Positions 55,327-63,985 of a stretch of DNA of 63,985 nucleotides are shown here, piece by piece (the first letter of the stretch is position 1; each line of letters starts with the position of its first letter). This DNA comes from Acholeplasmataceae bacterium (GTDB taxonomy: Bacteria > Bacillota_I > Bacilli_A > ML615J-28 > CAG-313). The stretch lies in the NCBI GenBank assembly GCA_012838945.1, contig DUOG01000041.1, positions 1 to 63,985 of the forward strand, given 5' to 3'. The position numbers were made by a program, and so were the translations under genes. The notes under the pieces were generated by a model. The model was not told the DNA's origin, did not search any database, and saw only the letters and a program-made list of their open reading frames with translations.

Positions 55327-55371
55327 TGACTATCGATGGTGTGACTATCGATAGTTTCACTATGGATAGTT
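55327..55371. repeat. Three tandem 15-bp repeats containing the palindrome ACTATCGATAGT
   Basis: TGACTATCGATGGTG / TGACTATCGATAGTT / TCACTATGGATAGTT, followed by a partial fourth unit TGA. Lies directly upstream of the prfA -35 and just after the dnaB stop. Confidence 0.85.
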
Positions 55372-55380
55372 TGATTAACA

Positions 55381-56784
55381 TTAAGCAGATGTTTTCTTAG
55401 TGCTTGGTCGTTTAACCCGCATTTCTTTAAAGCGACATTCATCACCATAGAAGATATATTCGATATTGCTTAAAGCCCCTTGACGGTTTTTAGCGATAAG
55501 TAAGTCAATACGACGGCTTTGACCTTCTCCATCGTTATCAACTTCAACTTCAGTAGTATCAATACTTTCACTGACTTCTTTAACATCAGAGTATGGGTAT
55601 AAGAACATAACGATATCGGCATCTTGTTCAATACTTCCAGATTCTCTTAAGTCAGAAAGAACTGGTCGCTTATCACTACGAGTTTCTACTAGACGAGAAA
55701 GTTGGGATAAAGCAACAATTGGAACATCTAATTCTTTAGCCAACAGTTTTAGATTTCGTGATATTTCCGATACTTCCTCTTGACGATTTCCTCTTTTACC
55801 GGAAACATTGATTAATTGTAAATAGTCAATAACTACGGCATCAAGCTGATCTGCTTGTTTTAATTTACGGCATTTTGCTCGAATATCATTAATATCACTG
55901 GAACTTGTTTCATCAAAATACATATTTAATTTCATCAAATCTTGACGGGCATGTCCCAGGCGAATCAACTCTTTAGAATTCAAGAAACCATTTCTAATAT
56001 TAGATAACTTTAAATATGCCTTGGCACTAAAGAGCCTCATGACTAGTTGTTCAATACTCATTTCCAGTGAGAAGAAAGCAACGTGGGCGTTATTCTTTTC
56101 ACTGATGTTAGTAGCTAAATTCAGTGAGAAAGTTGATTTACCAACCGACGGTCTGGCTGCTAAGATGATAAGGTCACCTTTTTGAAGACCAAGAGTGGCT
56201 TTATCTAAACGCGGAAAACCCGTGGCTAGACCAGTGATTTCATTTTTATTACCGACATATTTTTCAATTTGGTCATAAACTACGGTTGCTGCTTTTTCAA
56301 TAGTTAGGAAATCACTAGTTTTTCTTTTCTTAATAATATCTTGTAGTTTATCTTCGGTCTTATCAAGAATTGTGTTGAAATCATATTTATTAGTTAAGAT
56401 ATCTTCTGATAATTCTTTAAAGTTTTTTAATAGTTCTCTTTCAACTGCCTTTTCTTTTACCGTGTCAATATACAGATAAGTTGTAGCAGTTGAAGGTACC
56501 GTATCAACTAGTTCAACGATGTAGCCTCTCACATCAAAGGTGTGAGCGACTTTCATTCGATCTAATTCTTCAATGATAGTTAGGGCTTCAATTGGTTGCT
56601 GATTCTTAAATAGTGTCAGCATTGCTTGATAAATATTACGATTTTGAGGATTATAAAAATCATCCTCATTCAGTTTTCCCATTACAGCATTCATTAAATC
56701 AGGTTCAATAATAATACTGCCTAAAACATACATCTCAGCATCATTATTATATGGAACCCCACGTGTACTATTCATAGACCTCAC
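55381..56784 (-). CDS. dnaB: Replicative DNA helicase (DnaB family; DnaC in Bacillus nomenclature)
   Basis: 467 aa; PYNNDAEMYVLGSII N-terminal motif, Walker A ARPSVGKSTF, Walker B VVIDYLQL. An alternative ATG start lies three codons downstream. Confidence 0.97.
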   Translation of the reverse strand: MRSMNSTRGVPYNNDAEMYVLGSIIIEPDLMNAVMGKLNEDDFYNPQNRNIYQAMLTLFKNQQPIEALTIIEELDRMKVAHTFDVRGYIVELVDTVPSTATTYLYIDTVKEKAVERELLKNFKELSEDILTNKYDFNTILDKTEDKLQDIIKKRKTSDFLTIEKAATVVYDQIEKYVGNKNEITGLATGFPRLDKATLGLQKGDLIILAARPSVGKSTFSLNLATNISEKNNAHVAFFSLEMSIEQLVMRLFSAKAYLKLSNIRNGFLNSKELIRLGHARQDLMKLNMYFDETSSSDINDIRAKCRKLKQADQLDAVVIDYLQLINVSGKRGNRQEEVSEISRNLKLLAKELDVPIVALSQLSRLVETRSDKRPVLSDLRESGSIEQDADIVMFLYPYSDVKEVSESIDTTEVEVDNDGEGQSRRIDLLIAKNRQGALSNIEYIFYGDECRFKEMRVKRPSTKKTSA

Positions 56785-57231
56785 CTATACCTTTTCAATG
56801 ACAAATAGTGTTATTTGAGCTTGCACATCCTTGTGTAATTGAATTGGAATGATATGTGTACCTAAGGTTGTAATATTATCATCATAGAGGATCTTGCGTT
56901 TATCAAGTGCAACACCAGTTTCTTTTTCAAAAGCATCAACAACTTGTTTCATACTAACAGATCCAAATAACTTTCCACTACTACCTGTTCTTACTCTAAT
57001 CTTCAATGGAGTTTTTTCAATTAGCTCTTTTAATTCTTTCATTTCAGCTAAATGTTTCATCTCTAATTCTAATTCTTTTTGTTTTTCTATTTCCAAGACA
57101 CGTAAGTTTTCTGGAGTTGCTAAAATGGCTAGATTTGTGCGGATGAGATGATTACCATATCCGATTGATATATCAATGACATCACCCTTTTTGCCTCTTC
57201 CTTTTACTTCTTTAGTTAAAATAACTTTCAT
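56785..57231 (-). CDS. rplI: 50S ribosomal protein L9 (internal start within the continuous gdpP-rplI frame)
   Basis: 148 aa; MKVILTKEVKGRGKKGDVIDISIGYGNHLIRTNLAILATPENL. AAGGAGG lies 5 nt upstream of ATG 57231. Confidence 0.93.
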   Translation of the reverse strand: MKVILTKEVKGRGKKGDVIDISIGYGNHLIRTNLAILATPENLRVLEIEKQKELELEMKHLAEMKELKELIEKTPLKIRVRTGSSGKLFGSVSMKQVVDAFEKETGVALDKRKILYDDNITTLGTHIIPIQLHKDVQAQITLFVIEKV

Positions 57232-59226
57232 AGCTTCCTCCTTATTAATAAGTTCATCAATTAATGCTTTTAATTGATAGATAATTTCTTCAACAGATTC
57301 ACCTTTAATTTGGGCAGCTGCATTATTCAAATGACCACCGCCACCGAGTTTTTCCATTATTAATTGGACATTTACTTTTCCAAGACTACGGGCACTGACA
57401 CCAATCAGATTCTTATCGATAAAGCCGATGGCAAACCCCGCATCAATTCCATCAATTGAAATAATTTGATCGGATATTTTAGCAAGTAAGTCACGTTGAT
57501 AAATGATATTATCAAGGCTTGCTGCAATACCAATTCGACCTTCATAAATTTCTAGATTATTGATGAAATCATTTTGAACAATTCTTTCGCTAATGTCTTC
57601 TCGTAAATATTTCTTTACCTCTTGCATTTGAGCGCCATAACTTTGTAAAATGGCTGCCACCGCAAACGTCTTGGCGGTTGTTCGGTAAATAAAACTGTTC
57701 GTATCAACTACCATACCTAGTAACATCCAGTTGGCCTCTAAAGCATTTAAATTCACTTCTACTGGAAGGAATTCAAACAAACCAACTACTAACTCCACAC
57801 TTGATGATGCATAAGTTTGAGCATAGTGGAAGACGTTACTACTGACAACATCAATTCCTTTCCGGTGATGGTCTATAATCCCAATCCGTTTGGCTTTTTT
57901 AAGAAGTTTTGGCTCAACCAGTAAAGCTTCACTTTGGGTATCAACTACCATCAAGAGACTCTCATCATTCAGCAGATGATATGCTTCACTAGTTGTGACA
58001 AAAGCATCTAGCAGTAGAATATATTCTTTGACAATAACATCATAAATCTTTTCCACGGTTAAGTCGATACTATTGGTATCAAGTACTATATAAGCATCTT
58101 TCCCGAGGGCTTTGGCAATCTTGTAAATTCCAAGTGACGCCGCAAACCCATCAGCATCAACAACCTTATGTGACATAATCACAACATTAGATGATTTGTT
58201 AATGTTTGATACTAACTCTTCACTCATTAGGCGAGTTGCAACTTTAGACTCTTTTACTTTAGCATCGGTTTTGGCACCAAAGAAAGTGACATCGCCTTTT
58301 ACATTGACAACTACTTGGTCACCACCACGGCTTAGAGCCAGTTCTAACTGGTCATTCGCTATTTCTGATAATTCATTGATGTTGATATCATCACAAGCAA
58401 ATCCCATACTTAAGGTAACTCGTGCAATGTCATTATTTAGGTTTAATGTTTTCATTTCATCTAATATGGTGAAATTAGAATCACAGACGGCAACCAACTG
58501 TGAGTAGTCCATAATCACTAAATAACGACTCTCACTAAAGGCACGAACATAGATTCCATAACCTTCAGCCCACTTAGCAATTACCCCAATGATCTTTCCT
58601 AAGTTTTCTGCCCGTTCTTGAACGTCAAAATCAGCCAACGAATCTTCTAAGTTATCAATATTGATATATCCGATAGTAGTTAGACGATTTTGATATTTCT
58701 TCTCAATCATCACATTTTTCGTAATATCAGTAAAATAAATGACATTGTGTTCCGGAGTAAACTTGACATCAAAGATGTTCCCATAAATAGATGCTTGAAA
58801 ATTAGTCTTGCGATCTTTTAAATCAGCATATAATTCCGCATTAATATTTTTTAGATTAACGCTTGCTAGCGGACTCATAAAGATCTCTTTAGCATACTTA
58901 TTGGACCATTCAACTTCAAACTTATTGTTGATAACAACAATACCAATTGGAAGTTCATTGAAAGCTGATTCTCCGGCTTTTTTAACCCGATAGGTAATAG
59001 AGTTCCACATGTCTAAACGGTTTTTTAAAATAGCTTGCTTTCTTATTTCTTGTCTTTGAATAAAAAGACCAACAATACTGGTGAGGGCAACTGAAGCGAT
59101 CGCAACTGAAACAATCGTAATGATTGGATCTTCACGATAAAAATAGTAACCAACAACTAGGGCAGCTATTGCAATGATAAAACCGATTAACTGGATATAT
59201 GGTATTTTCACTTTCATAATAATCAC
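57232..59226 (-). CDS. gdpP: Cyclic-di-AMP phosphodiesterase GdpP (YybT); no stop codon of its own, reads in frame into rplI
   Basis: 665 codons (about 664 aa). Two N-terminal TM helices, PAS-like and degenerate GGDEF regions, DHH (VDADG, IIDHHRKG) and DHHA1 (GGGGH) motifs. The frame continues ...DELINKEEA-MKVIL into L9. Confidence 0.9.
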
Positions 59227-59381
59227 CTATTCTCTATTAATTATAACACTTAATGTCATTTTTTACTAGAAAAAAAGAAAAATTGTAAATTTGTCTTATT
59301 TAATAGTTTATCACAAATCTTTCTTTGACAATATTTTTATATCTTTTCTATTATTTCCAAAAACTAATTACTATATCAAGC

Positions 59382-59409
59382 AAAAAGAAAAGACCACTCG
59401 CGTGATCTT
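59382..59409 (-). terminator. Rho-independent terminator after rpsR
   Basis: AAGAUCAC-GCGA-GUGGUCUU hairpin followed by UUCUUUUU. Confidence 0.75.
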
Positions 59410-59423
59410 TATTCATTATCTTA

Positions 59424-59645
59424 CTATTCACGAACGAATGGTAATAATGCCATATGACGAGCACGTTTGATTGCTGTAGCAAGCTGTCTTTGATAGATAG
59501 CTTTAGTACCAGTTACTCGACGAGGCAAAATTTTACCACGATCAGAAATAAAGCGACGTAATAAATCTGAATCTTTCCAATCTATTTTTTCGATTTTATT
59601 ATCAGTAAAATAGCATGTCTTTTTACGTCTTCTATATCCAGCCAT
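59424..59645 (-). CDS. rpsR: 30S ribosomal protein S18
   Basis: 73 aa; [10 protein letters not shown]...DYKD-type N-terminus and [19 protein letters not shown]. Confidence 0.97.
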   Translation of the reverse strand: MAGYRRRKKTCYFTDNKIEKIDWKDSDLLRRFISDRGKILPRRVTGTKAIYQRQLATAIKRARHMALLPFVRE

Positions 59646-59656
59646 AATATCCTCCT

Positions 59657-60193
59657 TTAAAATGGTAGATCATCATCAGTAATCCCATATTGAGTTTCAA
59701 CATTTTCAAAAGGATCTTTTTTGTCTGAATTCTCTTCATCATCAAACTGATAATTTTCATATTGTAAATCATCATAAATGTTTTGATTTTGTCCTCGAAA
59801 AGAATTGCCTGATTGATAATTCCTACCTTGATTAGTTTGATAGCCCACACCTTGATTATAGTTTGGTGCATCGCTACTTGATTTTGGTTCTAAGAATTGA
59901 ATACTTTCACATAATACTTCAGTTATATATCGATTAGTTCCATCATTCGCAACATAAGTGCGAGTTTGGATTCGTCCATCAATTCCTAATAAAGCACCTT
60001 TTCTAATATATCTACTTAAATTTTCTGCTTGTTTATTGAAAACAACGCAATTGATAAAATCCGCTTCTCGTTCACCACTTCTTGACAAGAAAGGGCGATT
60101 AACCGCAAGCGTGAAATTAACAACCGATCCGTTAGGGATCGTTTTTAATTCTGGGTCTCTAGTAATTCGACCGACTAATACAACACGATTCAT
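59657..60193 (-). CDS. ssb: Single-stranded DNA-binding protein
   Basis: 178 aa; [19 protein letters not shown] fold, Gln/Gly-rich linker, acidic tip DDDLPF. Confidence 0.96.
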   Translation of the reverse strand: MNRVVLVGRITRDPELKTIPNGSVVNFTLAVNRPFLSRSGEREADFINCVVFNKQAENLSRYIRKGALLGIDGRIQTRTYVANDGTNRYITEVLCESIQFLEPKSSSDAPNYNQGVGYQTNQGRNYQSGNSFRGQNQNIYDDLQYENYQFDDEENSDKKDPFENVETQYGITDDDLPF

Positions 60194-60206
60194 TCAAATC
60201 CTCCTA

Positions 60207-60488
60207 CTACTCTGCGACAGCAATGTAGCGAATAATGTCTTCTTTTATGTTAGAAACCCGTTCAAATTCTTTTACAGCTTCAGCAGTAGCTTCAACATTT
60301 AATAGAACATAATAGCCTTTACGTAAGTCATCAATTTCGTATGCCAAATCACGGATACCCCATTCATTAACTTTCGTAACTGTTGAATCTAAATTTACGA
60401 AAATATTATTAATTTCTTCGATTAATGCTTTTCTAGCTTCTTCTTCAACAGTTGGCTTAATTATGTACATCACTTCGTACTTTTTCAT
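60207..60488 (-). CDS. rpsF: 30S ribosomal protein S6
   Basis: 93 aa; MKKYEVMYIIKP.... Confidence 0.97.
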   Translation of the reverse strand: MKKYEVMYIIKPTVEEEARKALIEEINNIFVNLDSTVTKVNEWGIRDLAYEIDDLRKGYYVLLNVEATAEAVKEFERVSNIKEDIIRYIAVAE

Positions 60489-60556
60489 TCTTTACACCTC
60501 CTTTTGGTCTAGCGGCTTTACTCATTTGAATAAAGCAAGGAGTGATTAAACCAATG

Positions 60557-60577
60557 AATCCATTGAGCCAATGGATT
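60557..60577 (-). promoter_or_regulatory. Hairpin in the rpsF 5' leader (possible S6:S18 autoregulatory element)
   Basis: Perfect 9-bp stem AATCCATTG/CAATGGATT with 3-nt loop, about 70 nt upstream of the rpsF ATG. Confidence 0.3.
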
Positions 60578-60728
60578 ATATTGGTCTATTCACACTGATT
60601 TATTATAGCACATTTTAAATATTAAGTAAAGTTATTAACTAGATAATTTTATATCTCGCATATCATTATTTTTCTTAAGACCATTAATACTTTTACCAAT
60701 TAAGATAAATTTATAACATGGCTAGCCA

Positions 60729-60761
60729 TAAAAAAGACTTACAAATTACTTCGTAAGTCTT
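60729..60761 (-). terminator. Rho-independent terminator after nrdG
   Basis: AAGACTTAC/GTAAGTCTT 9-bp stem (60734-60761) with 10-nt loop, then UUUUU. The stem includes part of the stop codon. Confidence 0.7.
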
Positions 60762-61287
60762 ATAGTTCATTTTCATTAATACTTATTACTTTATTTTCTA
60801 ATAAGCTTTTTTTAACATCAATGATTCGTTGGTTTTTACTGCCGCGAAAACGTAACTCAAGGGACCGATAAGCTTCGAGATAAGGTCCATCAATTATATA
60901 ATCAGAATTTTCAATTAATGATTTAACATCTGGATCTGATTGAGCTTTTTTCAATAATTCTTCAAATACATATCCCGTATAAGTTATGACATTTAAATTG
61001 TTTTCTCGAGCCCGTTTGGCAAGATATGCGGTTGTGGCTGGTTGAACAAATGGTTCCCCACCACTGAGGGTGAGCCCTGATGTTAAGGGATTACTTAACA
61101 TATCATTTATTATTTCATCGCAATCAGCAATTGTTCCTCCATCAAAAGCAAAGGTATGAGGATTGTGACAACCCGGACAATGGTGCGGACAACCTTGGGT
61201 AAAGATAACATATCGAATTCCTGGTCCATCAGTAATTGATTCTTTGATGATTCCAGAAATTCTTATTTGCTTCTTAGATGCGTCCAT
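60760..61287 (-). CDS. nrdG: Anaerobic ribonucleotide reductase activating protein (radical SAM)
   Basis: 175 aa; CPHHCPGCHN cluster motif. 14-nt overlap with nrdD. Confidence 0.93.
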   Translation of the reverse strand: MDASKKQIRISGIIKESITDGPGIRYVIFTQGCPHHCPGCHNPHTFAFDGGTIADCDEIINDMLSNPLTSGLTLSGGEPFVQPATTAYLAKRARENNLNVITYTGYVFEELLKKAQSDPDVKSLIENSDYIIDGPYLEAYRSLELRFRGSKNQRIIDVKKSLLENKVISINENEL

Positions 61288-63580
61288 GTTTTACCCGTTC
61301 TTTAACTTCAGCACGTTTAGCATCATTAAAACGATCAAGGGTCCCCACTAAATATCCGGTAATACGGCGAATCCTTTCAAAATTGCGCCCTTCGTCCTCA
61401 TGTCTTCCACATCGTGGACATTCATCGTTAATAATTCCAGAGTATCCACAAACCGGATCACGATCGAGAGGATGGTTAATTGAACCATAGCCGATATTAT
61501 TCTCTTTCATCGCCCGAATGATTTGTTCAAAAGCATCAACATTTTTAGCCGGATCACCATCTAATTCCACATAGGTAATATGTCCAGCATTAGTGAGCGG
61601 ATGATATTTTCCTTCAATTTTAATCTTATCCATGATAGAAACCTTATGATAAACTGGAACATGGAATGAATTAGTGTAGTATTCATGATCAGTTACCCCT
61701 TTGATCTTTCCAAAAAGTTTACGGTCCATTTTAACAAAGCGCCCCGCTAAACCTTCGGCTGGGGTTGCTAGAAGTGAGAAGTTTAATTGATGTTTTTCCA
61801 TTTCAGCATCAATACGTTTTCTCATATGATTAACAATTTCCAGTCCAAGTTGTTGAGCTTCACTTGACTCTCCATGGTGTTTACCAATTAAAGCAACTAA
61901 CGTTTCAGCTAGTCCAATAAATCCAATCGATAAAGTTCCATGTTTAATTACTTCACGAACTTCATCATCATAACTTAATTTATCTGAACCAAGCCAAACT
62001 TTTTGTCCCATTAAGAATGGGAAGTTATATACCTTTTTCTTACATTGAATTTCAAATCTATCTAGTAACTGTTCTACAACGATATCAAGTTGTTCATCTA
62101 ATAATTCATAGAACTTAGTGATATCCCCTTGAGCCTTAATTCCAAGGCGAGGTAAGTTAATGGAAGTAAAACTTAAATTGCCCCGACCTGTTACAATTTC
62201 GTTATCTTTATCGACGTTTCCAATAACTCGAGTTCTACATCCCATATAAGTAACTTCAGTATGATAGTTACCAGGTCGATAGTACTGTAAGTTAAATGGT
62301 GCATCTAAGAATGAGAAGTTCGGGAACAGTCTCTTAGATGAAACTTTACAAGCAAGACGGAATAAATCATAGTTAGGATCTTCCGGATTATAACTTACTC
62401 CTTCTTTTACCTTAAAGATTTGAATTGGGAAGATTGGAGTCTCACCATTTCCGAGTCCAGCTTCTGTCGCAAGTAATAAGTTTCTAATAACCATTCTTCC
62501 TTCACTAGACGTATCAGTACCATAGTTAAGTGAACTAAAAGGTACTTGAGCACCAGCTCGTGAGTGCATGGTATTTAAATTGTGGATTAGTGATTCCATC
62601 GCTTGATAAGTTGCACGATCTGTTTCTTTCCAAGCTTCTTTTTTAACAAACTTTTCAATTTTTTCTACTTCTTCTGGTGTACAGAAACTACTCAATACTT
62701 GACGTAGTACTTTTTCAAAATCATCTTTATCGATAGTTGGTACTAAATTAAATTCTTTTTCAATCTTGGTTATAATATTTTTAACCGTTTTTTCTTCAAC
62801 TTCTGGTTTTAAAACACTCATTATCTTAATGAGGTTTGCAAGATATCTTTTCTTATAAGTCTTTTTAACACCTGGCGCCATATCATAATCAAATGCTGGA
62901 ACACTTTGTCCACCATGTTGATCATTTTGATTTGATTGGATTGCGATACAAGCAAGTGCAGCATAGCTGCTGATATCATTAGGTTCTCTTAAATAACCAT
63001 GACCAGTGGAGAAACCACCAGTAAATAATTTAGTTAAATCTATCTGACAACAAGTTAAAGTTAAGTTATAGAAATCTAAGTCATGAATGTGAATATCACC
63101 TTCAATATGAGCATTACCATATCGAGGCTTTAGTAAGAATTTCTTATTAAATTCTTTTGAGCCTTCACTTCCATATTTAAGCATGACACCCATTGCGGTG
63201 TCAGTATTGATATTGGCATTTTCTCGCTTGATGTCATTATCTTTGGCAGCCTGAAATGTAATCCCCTTGTAGATATTCATCAATTCAGAATCCATTTCCC
63301 GTACTTTAGTACGATTATCACGGTAGATTATATATTTCTTAGCAACTTTCGGTAGTTGTTGTTGCATCAACACCTCTTCGACAATGTCTTGAATTTCTTC
63401 AACATGTGGTTTATCATAATTTCTTTCTTCTAACACTTCATAGACTCTTAGTGAGAGCCTCTTTGCTAGGACGATATCGTCCATATCACAGGCTAGTAGT
63501 GCTTTGTAAATTGCTTGTTCAATTTTGGCGAGATCAAAATTAGCAATGCGTCCGTCGCGTTTAACAATTTTCTTAATCAT
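61274..63580 (-). CDS. nrdD: Anaerobic ribonucleoside-triphosphate reductase
   Basis: Start at ATG 63580 after AGGAGG (the track ORF extends to 63655). N-terminal ATP-cone (MIKKIVKRDGRIANFD), zinc site CPRCG, glycyl-radical motif RRITGYL. Confidence 0.97.
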   Translation of the reverse strand: MIKKIVKRDGRIANFDLAKIEQAIYKALLACDMDDIVLAKRLSLRVYEVLEERNYDKPHVEEIQDIVEEVLMQQQLPKVAKKYIIYRDNRTKVREMDSELMNIYKGITFQAAKDNDIKRENANINTDTAMGVMLKYGSEGSKEFNKKFLLKPRYGNAHIEGDIHIHDLDFYNLTLTCCQIDLTKLFTGGFSTGHGYLREPNDISSYAALACIAIQSNQNDQHGGQSVPAFDYDMAPGVKKTYKKRYLANLIKIMSVLKPEVEEKTVKNIITKIEKEFNLVPTIDKDDFEKVLRQVLSSFCTPEEVEKIEKFVKKEAWKETDRATYQAMESLIHNLNTMHSRAGAQVPFSSLNYGTDTSSEGRMVIRNLLLATEAGLGNGETPIFPIQIFKVKEGVSYNPEDPNYDLFRLACKVSSKRLFPNFSFLDAPFNLQYYRPGNYHTEVTYMGCRTRVIGNVDKDNEIVTGRGNLSFTSINLPRLGIKAQGDITKFYELLDEQLDIVVEQLLDRFEIQCKKKVYNFPFLMGQKVWLGSDKLSYDDEVREVIKHGTLSIGFIGLAETLVALIGKHHGESSEAQQLGLEIVNHMRKRIDAEMEKHQLNFSLLATPAEGLAGRFVKMDRKLFGKIKGVTDHEYYTNSFHVPVYHKVSIMDKIKIEGKYHPLTNAGHITYVELDGDPAKNVDAFEQIIRAMKENNIGYGSINHPLDRDPVCGYSGIINDECPRCGRHEDEGRNFERIRRITGYLVGTLDRFNDAKRAEVKERVKHGRI

Positions 63581-63626
63581 ACCGTATAACCTCCTAAAGT
63601 TAAATTTTTTATCATAATTTGTAAAG

Positions 63627-63655
63627 AGTATAACACACCAAAAAGTTTGAGTCAA
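63627..63655 (-). promoter_or_regulatory. Putative sigma-A promoter of nrdDG
   Basis: Reverse strand TTGACT (63655-63650), 17 nt, TATACT (63632-63627). Confidence 0.5.
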
Positions 63656-63736
63656 TGAAATGACTTAATTAAAAGTTTGACATTAAAATTAAAAATAATA
63701 CAAAATCCGGGAAGTTATCATTTGATAATCAGTATA

Positions 63737-63770
63737 TAAAAAGTAAAGCAGAAAGCCTAGCTTTCTGCTT
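63737..63770 (-). terminator. Rho-independent terminator after the right-edge gene
   Basis: 11-bp stem AAGCAGAAAGC/GCTTTCTGCTT (63746-63770), 3-nt loop, T-rich tail on the reverse strand. Confidence 0.75.
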
Positions 63771-63985
63771 AATTAATTATGACATTTTGACCCCAATCAC
63801 CATCTGCTTTTGCTTTAATTATGAGCCTAATTTGAACTCGACGAGGGATAAGAGAGTCTGCAATATTAAAACTATTGTCATCAATTAACTCTAATCGTCC
63901 ATCGCTGTTATCAATTTCAAAATAGTATCCATTCGGAAGATCGATATAGATGCTATAGATACCATCCATGGTACTGACAAAGTTA
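63769..63985 (-). CDS. C-terminal end of an unidentified protein (runs off the right edge)
   Basis: The reverse-strand frame is open from the window edge to the TAA at 63769. The tail reads ...YFEIDNSDGRLELIDDNSFNIADSLIPRRVQIRLIIKAKADGDWGQNVIIN. No motif. Confidence 0.4.
   Translation of the reverse strand, partial: NFVSTMDGIYSIYIDLPNGYYFEIDNSDGRLELIDDNSFNIADSLIPRRVQIRLIIKAKADGDWGQNVIIN

Noticed and set aside
63581-63745. NrdR boxes upstream of nrdD.
   Set aside because: I could not find the paired 16-bp ACACnAnATnTnGTGT-type palindromes. There is only a loose direct repeat TCAAACTTTT x2 around the -35, which is too weak to call.
1-63985. A search for CRISPR arrays, tRNA/rRNA genes, IS elements, integrases, prophage genes or recognisable defence genes.
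   Set aside because: No spaced direct-repeat arrays were found. No tRNA T-arm (GGTTCGAAT-type) signatures were noticed by eye, and no transposase or recombinase motifs appeared in any ORF. The window is core chromosome.
1-63985. A Mollicutes/Mycoplasma genetic code (UGA = Trp), suggested by the very low GC.
   Set aside because: RF2 with an intact SPF motif is present. All conserved proteins are full length under the standard code, with no need to read through TGA.

Overview
This window is AT-rich, low-GC Bacillota-type chromosome. It is almost entirely housekeeping and nearly all genes sit on the reverse strand (about 65 of 70). Gene order follows several Bacillus subtilis core blocks: topA; rbgA-rnhB with lepB; hpf-secA-prfB; infC-rpmI-rplT; ytqA-ytqB; prfA/prmC/tsaC/spoIIR/upp; rpsF-ssb-rpsR; gdpP-rplI-dnaB; nrdDG. 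A complete nine-gene V-type (Enterococcus ntp-like) ATPase operon lies next to upp. I found no rRNA, tRNA, CRISPR array, transposase, integrase or prophage gene. Both RF1 and RF2 are present, so UGA is a stop codon (standard code 11, not the Mycoplasma code). RNA-level elements I can support: an FMN riboswitch ahead of a RibU-like transporter, an L20-leader-type attenuator ahead of infC (which appears to start at ATT), a terminator/antiterminator leader ahead of a lipoprotein gene, and a roughly 230-nt orphan transcription unit with nested helices downstream of an HTH-TPR (RNPP-like) regulator. The most unusual items: (1) a translationally coupled four-gene cassette (secreted beta-rich protein, membrane-anchored partner, ABC-2 exporter) with no recognisable family for the first two genes; (2) gdpP running in frame, with no stop codon, into rplI; (3) a secreted metallophosphoesterase with a C-terminal Gly-Cys + TM + KRKR sorting-like signal; (4) a degenerate LytM (SpoIIQ-like) protein together with SpoIIR and SpoIIID homologues; (5) a 15-bp tandem palindromic repeat array abutting the prfA promoter. 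All family calls come from motif recognition by eye, because no searches could be run.
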